NCBI GenBank assembly: GCA_965603825.1
Contig: CBFDEM010000013.1
Location: forward strand, 744,001-808,000
Source of the DNA: Blepharisma stoltei ATCC 30299
Lineage: Eukaryota > Protista > Ciliophora
Direction of reading: 5' to 3'
Length of the DNA stretch: 64,000 nucleotides
The position numbers and the translations under genes were made by a program. Positions within the stretch are counted from its first letter, which is position 1; each line of letters starts with the position of its first letter. Of the stretch, positions 55,813 through 64,000 are shown piece after piece. The notes below the pieces were generated by a model. The model saw only the letters and a program-made list of their open reading frames with translations, was not told the DNA's origin and ran no database searches.

Positions 55813-58004
55813 ATGCTATCTAAAAGTACCGCTAAATTGTTAAAGAGCCATCTATCCTCAACTGTTCGATACTTCTCTAGTGATAAGCCTCCAAAAGGAT
55901 TCGAAAAGTTTTACCGCCAAAAGAAGCAAGAATCAGAACAAGAAAACAAAGAAAAACCTAAAGATACGGAAAAAGATAAGCCAAAATCAGATGAGCACAA
56001 TTATAAATCTTTTAATGAAGATTTAAAAAGCTTCTGAAATAATAATTTCAACTTCAAACAAGGCCCATTTCCTTGGTGGAAAATAGCTGCCTTTATAGGA
56101 GGAGGTGCTTTTGCTCTACAATGAATTTTATCGAGGCCATCAGAAATTATTCCTGTAGTCACTTTTCAAGAATTGGCCAAAAAATATATCAATTCAGATT
56201 CTTTATCAAAAATTATCATAGAGTTTTGGCCTCAAGGAAGCCCTCCAAGCTCTCTTTATGATATTTATGCAGTTGATCAACATGGAGAAATAGTCGCAAA
56301 ACTCAGATATCCAGACATAAATTCTTTCTTAAGCTCATTAGCATCAGAAGAAATGTCTCTTGGGAAAAGCAAAAAAGACTTAATACCTATTGAATATCGT
56401 GAAAAACCTAAAAGTCCTACTGAAAAATACTCAAGCATTTTCAAATTTTTTTCTCCCTTTTTTTACATTTTCCTTATCTGAGGCATCATGCATTATCTCA
56501 GTACTAAATTCCGCAACAAATCCAAAGAAAACCCATGGTCAGGTGGGGGTGGTTTTCAAGACATTTTTAATATATCAAAAGGGAAATTTAAAGTATATGG
56601 AACTGATGGCACAAAAATTGATGTAGATTTCAAAGATGTAGCTGGATTAAAAGAAGCCAAAAAAGAAGTCATGGAATTTGTGGAATTTTTAAAAAATCCT
56701 GAAAAATTCAAAAAACTAGGAGCAAGAATTCCAAGAGGTGCTTTACTAATTGGGCCACCTGGGACTGGGAAAACTTTATTAGCCAAAGCAACAGCAGGAG
56801 AAGCAGGAGTCCCCTTTTTCTCAATTTCCGGCTCAGATTTTGTAGAAATGTTTGTAGGGGTCGGAGCTTCCAGAGTTCGGCAGCTTTTTAAGCAAGCCCG
56901 AGATAGGGCGCCTTCTATTATTTTTATCGATGAAATTGATGCAGTTGGCCGTAAGCGTCAAGCAAGAATTGGTGGAAATGATGAAAGGGATAACACCTTA
57001 AATCAGCTTTTAGTAGAAATGGATGGATTTACTACAGATACTCATGTCGTCGTAATGGGTGGGACAAATCGAAAAGATATTTTAGATGGAGCTTTATTGA
57101 GGCCAGGAAGATTTGATAGGACTATAGAGCTTTCTCTACCTGATATTCACGAACGTGAAGAAATTTTATCAGTCCATATAAAGCCATTAAAACTAGACCC
57201 CAGAATCCCTTTATCTGAATATACAAGAAGAGTAGCTGCTTTAACCCCTGGCTTCAGTGGAGCTGATCTCTCAAATGTATGTAATGAGGCTGCTATTTAT
57301 GCTGCAAGAAGAGGTAAAGAGTTTGTGGATAAGCTTGATTTTGAAGCTGCAACTGAAAGAGTTATGGGAGGGCTTGAAAAATCTAAAAAATTGAATATAA
57401 AAGAAAAGAAAACTGTAGCTTATCATGAAGCCGGGCATGCAGTGGCAGGATGATTTTTAGAAGGCGCAGAACCAGTGCTCAAAGTAAGTATTTTGCCAAG
57501 AACAAAAGGAGCTTTAGGGTTTTTCAGTTTTTGCCATCAGAAACAAATTTATATTCTAAAGAAGAGTTATTAGACAAAATTTCAGCGATTTTGGGCGGAA
57601 GAGTTTCTGAAGAATTATTTTTTGGAAAAGTGACAACTGGCGCTCAGGATGATTTACAAAAAGCTACACAAATTGCACAAGCCCTTGTTATGAACTTTGG
57701 TATGAGCGAAAAATTAGGGACAGTTGGGTATCATATTGAACAAGAAGCATTAAGCAAGCCTTTTAGTGAAGACACTAATAGGATCATTGATGAAGAAGTA
57801 AGAAGCATTGTGGAATGGTGCATTAAAAAAACTAGAAGCTTGTTAGGAGAAAAGAAGGAATTAGTAGAAAAATTAGCAGAAACTTTGATAGAAAAAGAAA
57901 TGATTAAACATAAAGAGCTTGTTGAAATACTTGGAGAAAGACCATTTGAATATCAGCAAGAATATCAAAAATATTTAGAAGAAGCCAAAAAGAACCAAGT
58001 ATAA
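55813..58004 (+). CDS. AFG3: Mitochondrial m-AAA protease (AFG3/AFG3L2, FtsH family) with apparent 1-nt frameshift at about 57520-57525
   Basis: [50 protein letters not shown][W]FLE..KVSILPR..GALG, then shifted frame [20 protein letters not shown]. Confidence 0.9.
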
Positions 58005-58113
58005 TTGTAGCTTACTAAGCTTATTAATTAAATAATTTCATATGAAAAAGGTACATATAGAAGTGTTTTATTATGATTTAGTTTTATATCTAATGAAATT
58101 CAATCAAAAAAAT

Positions 58114-58533
58114 TTAATGATGATATATCCCTAATATACAAGACATCCAGGATACTTCTCTCTGAAAGATATAGCTATCACAATACCCGCACCAGTTCTT
58201 TCTTACACTTTTTATACAGCAATCCAAGCATTGATAACAATTTCTGTGTTTCTCTATAAAAAAGCCTAAAAATGATGAAATTCTTTTACGTGTTTTGCAT
58301 ACTAAACATTCTGAGATCAATAATCTTGGATAAAAATTCTCAGACATCTCAATGATCATTTTAATGTCATCTGAATTATAATCAATTGAGCAAATTGGGC
58401 AGCTTAGTAATTCTTTGTCAGAAATAGTCTTTTTTAAGCAGTCAAAGCATAAATCGCATCTGCATGGGCATTTTAAAACATTTCTGGGCCTATTGCAAAG
58501 CTCGCATATTGCGAAATTAATACAATTTGCCAT
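58114..58533 (-). CDS. Small Cys-rich protein with two RING-like zinc fingers
   Basis: CELC..CPCRCDLCFDC..CPIC and CLVC..HRNCYQCLDC..CGYC. Confidence 0.7.
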   Translation of the reverse strand: MANCINFAICELCNRPRNVLKCPCRCDLCFDCLKKTISDKELLSCPICSIDYNSDDIKMIIEMSENFYPRLLISECLVCKTRKRISSFLGFFIEKHRNCYQCLDCCIKSVRKNWCGYCDSYIFQREVSWMSCILGIYHH

Positions 58534-59253
58534 TTGATTTTTATTTTTTATTCACTTTATTTATTTATAATATCAATTCAGTCAATAGCTTGAATTAAAA
58601 AATTTCTTTAGCTAAAACCAAATTTACTTTTTAAAAAATATTCTCATTCTAAATATTTTGATAAATCAGATAAAGTATATCTAGAATTAGCTATTCATCC
58701 TTTTTTAAATAATTTTATTGCTTTTCAAAACTCATTAGCATTTTGGCTTAGCATTATGAATTGGCAATTTTTAAGTATTTTAGAGTTTTAATCTCTGCAT
58801 ATTTTGAGTAAATATCATAGCCACTATATTTGATTTTCAATTATGAATTTATTTTTCAGGACGATTATTGATATATTATATAATGCCATAATTAATTATT
58901 TAAACAGCAGATAATAATTTTTTATAGATATCAGATTTTTACTAATTTAGCAATGAAATTGAAACGGAAAGTATTTCTCTATATTTTGAAAAAATTTTCT
59001 TAAGCATAATAATAACATTTTATCTCGTTTCCAGAGCATAAAGCTATTTCCTCTTATTTAGGATTAATTTAATTTAATTTTAAGCCAATAGAAAGGTATT
59101 TTAGTGCCATTATTAGAAAATTATTGGCCAGTTATTATTACTATTTAGGTTTATTGGATAATTCAAGATTATGCACCATAATGATATTAATTACTAACAA
59201 GAGAATTTTGATGTCTAATAATCATTTTAAAGAAAAACAATACTTGCCATAAA

Positions 59254-59805
59254 ATGCAAGGTACCTCTGAGCAAATTTCAGACAAAAAAATACCAGAAAT
59301 GAATATTCAACTACCACCACTTTCAGAAATCAAAACTTTCGAGCTAATAGAAAAAACTGAAGATTCTCCTCCAATCTTCGAATTACCCAAAATCGATATG
59401 AGATTTTTTGAAACTTCAATTAAAGATGAAAAACCCTCAATCAAGAGAAAGAAAAAACCCAAATTGTCAAATACTACCACTAAATCCTCAACTTCTACTG
59501 ATTTAATCTCTCAAGAGAAAGATCAAGACCAACTGTCTGAAGTAAGAAGATCAGCCCGCATAAAAGAAATAAGACCAGAAAAAAGACTTAAATATACAGA
59601 CTATGTGCTCAGCTCTGGAGAAGAAGATGAATCTGAACCAGAAAACGAGTCTGAAGAAATAATTGAAGCTGGAGATGGCACAAAATTCAGAGTGCTTTCA
59701 GTTGACAGCACAGATTTCGTGGAATGTCTTCACTGCTATAAAGTTATTCAAGAAAAGTCTATACAAGCTCATTTAAAATCAAGGGTTCATACGTCCAAAA
59801 AATAA
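59254..59805 (+). CDS. Putative nuclear protein with C-terminal C2H2-type zinc finger
   Basis: KRKKKPK NLS-like, RRSARIK, acidic tract, CLHC-x12-HLKSRVH. Confidence 0.72.
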   Translation: MQGTSEQISDKKIPEMNIQLPPLSEIKTFELIEKTEDSPPIFELPKIDMRFFETSIKDEKPSIKRKKKPKLSNTTTKSSTSTDLISQEKDQDQLSEVRRSARIKEIRPEKRLKYTDYVLSSGEEDESEPENESEEIIEAGDGTKFRVLSVDSTDFVECLHCYKVIQEKSIQAHLKSRVHTSKK

Positions 59806-60050
59806 TTAATATGAATATCCATTAAACTGTCTTAATTTCTCTATAAGAGCCATATTGATTCAATTTTTATTTTTCAAATTTTTGATTCTACTAATACTTT
59901 TTCTTACTATAAAGGATATTTTTTTATATTTTATATAAATTTTAGGCAAAAATTATAAAAATCACTATAAAGCCTTATCTAGCCCTAATTCTCCTAATTC
60001 CTTTATAATTTAAAATTTTCTTCCTTTTCATTACAATTTAACTTCATATT

Positions 60051-61193
60051 ATGGCTGAAAAATCAAACAGAAGATCTAACAAAAGCGCAATTCACAACGT
60101 CTCCGCTGCCACAGTTCGACGCAGAGTGGGCGATCTCAGCAACTCTTTGCAACGAATGAGCATCGAAGAACGCAAAGACAAAACTGGAAACTTCACCTAC
60201 AACCCAGATCGCGTAATTGGCAATGGCAGCTTTGGTGTCGTTTACCAAGCCACAATTGCAGAAACAGGCGAAACAGTTGCTATTAAAAAGGTTTTCCAAG
60301 ACCGCCGATATAAGAATAGAGAGCTTCAAATAATGAAAGAGCTGAGACATCCGAATATGATTGGGATGAGGCATGCTTTCTATACTTCAGAAAACAAGCC
60401 TGATGAGCTTTATTTGAATATTGTTATGGATTATATTCCTGAGACTGTTTATAGTGTGATTAAACATTATAAAAGAAATAAGCTGTCAGTCCCTATGCTA
60501 CTGGTTAAACTTTATAGCTATCAGATGATGAGGGCACTGGCTTATATTCATCAATTAGGGATTTGCCATAGGGACATTAAGCCACAAAATGTACTGGTAA
60601 ACCCTAATACACATGTTTTAAAAATTTGTGATTTTGGGTCCGCGAAAAAATTAGTTAAAGGAGAACCAAATGTAAGTTATATTTGCTCTAGATATTATAG
60701 AGCTCCTGAACTTATTTTTGGGTCAACTGATTACTCTGGGACTATTGACGTGTGAAGCACCGGTTGTGTGATTGCAGAAATGCTGCTAGGGCAGCCTATA
60801 TTTCCAGGGGAAAGTGGTGTTGATCAGCTTGTCGAAATTATCAAAATCCTAGGAACCCCAACTCGTGAACAAATTTTAGATATGAATCCAAACTATACTG
60901 AATTCAGGTTCCCACAAATCAAGCAGCATCCATGAAATAGGGTTTTTAAAGCAAGAACTCCTCCAGATGCAATTGATTTCATTGCAGGTTTGCTAGTTTA
61001 CTCTCCCCAACTTCGTCCAACCCCTATGCAAGCTTTGTTACATCCTTTTTTTGATGAACTTAGAGAAAGGTCTACTAGTCTTCCTAACGGAGAAAGCCTG
61101 CCTGATTTATTTAACTTTACCCAAGAAGAAATCGATTCTACCACATTTGACATCATACAAAGACTTATCCCATCATGGTACTCATCTAGGTAA
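60051..61193 (+). CDS. GSK3: Glycogen synthase kinase 3 (shaggy-like)
   Basis: [62 protein letters not shown][W][21 protein letters not shown][W]NRVF. Confidence 0.96.
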
Positions 61194-61235
61194 ATATGCT
61201 AAATAATTTAATATATTATAATCAGTTAAAGGAAA

Positions 61236-61541
61236 ATGGATGCAAATAAAATCCACTTCTTTTATAGAAATCCTGCACCAAATTTAATGACCCCGAAAAG
61301 ATTTCATAGCACTGTTGGAGCTCCTTTAAGAAATCAAGCAAGAATGCTGAGGCAGATTGATTTAAATAACACTTTTAGGTTTTTGAAAACTGATGGAAAT
61401 CCAATAGCGAAGACTGATAAGTTTTTTCCAGATATTAGGAAAAGCCCATTGAGATTGGGGAGAAATCTAATTAAAACAAAAGCGCTTAAGATGATGCAGA
61501 AACATGATGGCAGAAAAACAGAAAGAAATACGTCAGTGTAA
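61236..61541 (+). CDS. Hypothetical basic protein, 101 aa
   Basis: ATG to TAA ORF with coding-like composition, 42 nt after GSK3. Confidence 0.5.
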   Translation: MDANKIHFFYRNPAPNLMTPKRFHSTVGAPLRNQARMLRQIDLNNTFRFLKTDGNPIAKTDKFFPDIRKSPLRLGRNLIKTKALKMMQKHDGRKTERNTSV

Positions 61542-61858
61542 TTAATGAAGGATGAAGTTAATTTTTAAGGGCTTGAAAAATAATAAAATAGAGTAATAAT
61601 AGATATAGAAGGGTGTTAAATAAGATCGAGATAGATCATTTCTCATAATTAATTTTTTTAATAAATTCGATTCTTGCTATTTAGCAATAAAATGGATACA
61701 AGATTAAGCTCATGTATTTTTGAACTTATTGAAGTAGGTATCTAGTCTCTTATATATCTGTATAATTTAATAAGAAGAATGTTTAAATTCAAATATTTAT
61801 AAACCGTTTTATATTTCATTTAGAGTGTTTAAATTACTAGCTAGAAATAAATTTATTG

Positions 61859-63070
61859 CTATAATCCTTTACTTTGATAAAAACTTTCAAGCACATCGCT
61901 TAAAAACTCATAAAAATCTCGATTTTCAGGCAAGCTCATATTTTCTTGCCATTGGCTCCCTTCAAACCTTGAAGCATATTTTTTTACTCTTTTTACCATT
62001 CCTTTTGCCAATTTTCTTGAAAAATAATTCAGTATCCTATAAGGTAAATACTTCAATACAGGATCAAAGTTTGATACAAGTTTGATATATGTCCTATTTC
62101 TATTAATCGGCCTAATCACACACCCAAAAAAATTTACAATCGCTCTCGTTACTTTTCCTTTAGGGGGCAGCTTTACTCCTTTAAATTCATCTTCTTTATC
62201 ACAGGAATTTGAAACAATCATAATACATCCATCACTTTTTAATAAATCAGCTCCATATCCATATAAGCACGTTTCTCTTTTTGCAATTCCAGCCACATTA
62301 TAATATTGCAAAATAACTTTTCTTGACCTTGCAATTTTTTTTACTAAGGTTGTTTTTTTGCAAAATGGGATCCATAGAGGATATAAATCAGTCTCATACA
62401 TTAATGTCAATAAGTTGAAGACAGGCAAGTCAAAAGTTGTTTCTGACATAATCGAGCATGTAGGAGTCCCTGGGACTAACTTGTGGCTGATTTTTATAGC
62501 GCCATCATGGTCTGTAATTCATCCTTCAGTATCTTCTAGTTCCTTGTATATTTTTCGTATCGCATTATAGTCATTTTGGATTTCCAATAGTTTAGGAGAA
62601 TTTCGCAAATCGATTTTTGATTCGTTTATCAGCTTATTTAGTTCAAAATAAGCACATTGTATTCTATCTTCATAATATAAATTTAAGACGCTTTCAATAG
62701 TTGCTTTATTGCTGATTTCAGGCAAACTGTCGTCTTTCTCAAGCTCGATCTCAATTTCTGATTGCAAAGTTTCGTCACATATGATGCTTTCATCTAAAAC
62801 TTCACGTATTTGCATCAATTCAAGCTTTGGGGCTTGCGAAATCAAAATTAGTTTGTCATCTGGTGGAGGGTTTATTATATCTTTCCATTGAATCATCCAT
62901 GGATCAAGCTGATCCAATATATCTTTAACTTTTTCTATGCCAATTTCATCTTCAAGCTCTTTTTCAGCATCAAGTAAAATCCTTTTAGCCTCTTTTTCTC
63001 TCCCATACCAATAATGGTTTATTCCTTCAGCAATTTGTGAAGCAAAGTGTCTAAGCAAAACATCTCCCAT
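61859..63070 (-). CDS. START-like lipid-binding domain protein, 403 aa
   Basis: Two ORFs joined by EDTEG[W]ITDH; ETDLYPLWIPFC, NFDPVLKYLPYRILNY; start ATG 63070. Confidence 0.75.
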
Positions 63071-63104
63071 TATTTTTAAATTAATATTGAAATTACTTAA
63101 ACGT

Positions 63105-64000
63105 CTAAGATTCATTGAAGTCTTCAATTTTCTTTAACAAAGTTTCTGCATAGTTTGGAGAATAATAGGAAACGATGTCTCGAGGATATAAATTATTGAT
63201 CGCTTCTTTGTACTCTCTAAGCTTCGTCCCAGGAGGAGCATCAATTTCTTGTACCTTTTGTAGCCCACCGCTCTGCACAAATGTTTTTCTTGCTGCTATA
63301 TCATGAGGTAGAGTTTTTGCGAACTGATTGATAACGTATTTCAATATATTAGGTGGAGCTAATTGTAATAACGGCTCCAAGGCAGGTAAATAAGTACACA
63401 TCTGTACAATGCTCTTAAGGGCTCTTTTTGACTTTGTCTTCAAGTCTTCGCTGCTTTGTTCATCTATATAAGCTGCTAATAAACAATTAGGTACATCTAA
63501 CTCTGCAAGCGCTCTTGCATGATCTGCACTATGTCTCCCAATCTGTCCTAAAGACCATGCAGATGCAGCTTTTATATGATCTTCCCCTTCATTTTTAAGA
63601 GCGTCTTTAAGTGGCGGAATTCCTTTAGAAACAATTACACCCATAGCTAAACTTTCGTCAAAAGCACCGATATAGCCTAATGTCATAATTCCAGGCAGTC
63701 TTGGGTTTCCTTTGACTTCACTTATATAGTCTACTATAGCTGCAGCACCGCCTGCGTTTACTATTAATTTTGCTAAGGCAGGGTTGTGCTTCGCAATTTC
63801 TCTTATGCAGGTCGCAGCATTTTTACGGACATGGGTGTCGACGTCTTTAAGGCAATTGAGAATTCGTGGGAAAATTTCGGCCTCTACAACGGATTCTGCA
63901 AGTTCTGGAGTATGCTTAGCTATTTGTGCTAAACAAGAGCATACTTGGCGTTTAAGCTGAGAGTCGGGATGGTTGATGTATTGGGACAAATGTGGAACTG
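63105..64000 (-). CDS. SPAG6: Axonemal central-pair armadillo protein PF16/SPAG6 (5'-partial)
   Basis: LKRQVCSCLAQIAKH..LAESVVEAEIFP, RLPGIMTLGYI, AWSLGQIGRH, SEDLKTKSKRALK, FVQSGGLQKVQEI, YYSPNY. Confidence 0.95.
   Translation of the reverse strand, partial: VPHLSQYINHPDSQLKRQVCSCLAQIAKHTPELAESVVEAEIFPRILNCLKDVDTHVRKNAATCIREIAKHNPALAKLIVNAGGAAAIVDYISEVKGNPRLPGIMTLGYIGAFDESLAMGVIVSKGIPPLKDALKNEGEDHIKAASAWSLGQIGRHSADHARALAELDVPNCLLAAYIDEQSSEDLKTKSKRALKSIVQMCTYLPALEPLLQLAPPNILKYVINQFAKTLPHDIAARKTFVQSGGLQKVQEIDAPPGTKLREYKEAINNLYPRDIVSYYSPNYAETLLKKIEDFNES

Noticed and set aside
57484-57500. 17-nt GTAAGT..AG intron that would repair the AFG3 frame
   Set aside because: It would delete the conserved VSILPR and scramble GALG, and the length departs from the 15-nt introns seen here.
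1918-62891. Numerous short antisense or alternate-frame ORFs inside long genes
   Set aside because: They are shadows of the coding strand with no independent motifs.
206-63127. TGA-interrupted ORFs as pseudogenes or selenoproteins
   Set aside because: The TGAs align with conserved Trp, not Cys, and occur in essential genes with intact frames.
1-64000. CRISPR arrays, rRNA, DNA transposases, TIR-bounded IES/MITEs
   Set aside because: No spaced repeats, rRNA signatures, DDE motifs or terminal inverted repeats were seen by eye. Short IESs cannot be excluded without read data.

Overview
AT-rich, very gene-dense eukaryotic DNA from a heterotrich ciliate macronuclear-type genome, most consistent with Blepharisma. 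Two features support this. TGA is read as Trp at invariant positions (PMS2 P[W]NCPHGRP, GSK3 DV[W]S, AFG3 HEAGHAVAG[W]F), and the three detectable introns are all 15-nt GT-AG. Re-reading TGA as Trp merges the fragmented ORF track into about 38 genes: cullin, DHHC palmitoyltransferase, TTLL, two tandem PMCA Ca-ATPases, PMS2, FAM92-like BAR, DUSP, AGC and GSK3 kinases, HIBCH, VPS33, FEN1-like, BCAT, AFG3, SPAG6/PF16 and others. There is also one tRNA-Ser(CGA). Two accessory patches stand out (about 2.9-4.5 kb and 48-54 kb), with pseudogenes and two related non-LTR retrotransposon relics. One relic is an 820-bp 5'-truncated insertion with an (AAT)n tail and a 16-bp target-site duplication inside the decayed tail of an MPN-domain gene. 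Unusual protein architectures include a helical domain plus tandem pseudokinase, an FHA with an inserted F-box-like motif, an MS5/TDM1-like TPR plus RRM, a dead trypsin plus Kelch, a TM-dCache-TM receptor with no output domain, and a FEN1 paralog with an altered active site. All homology calls come from motif recognition by eye; no database searches were run.
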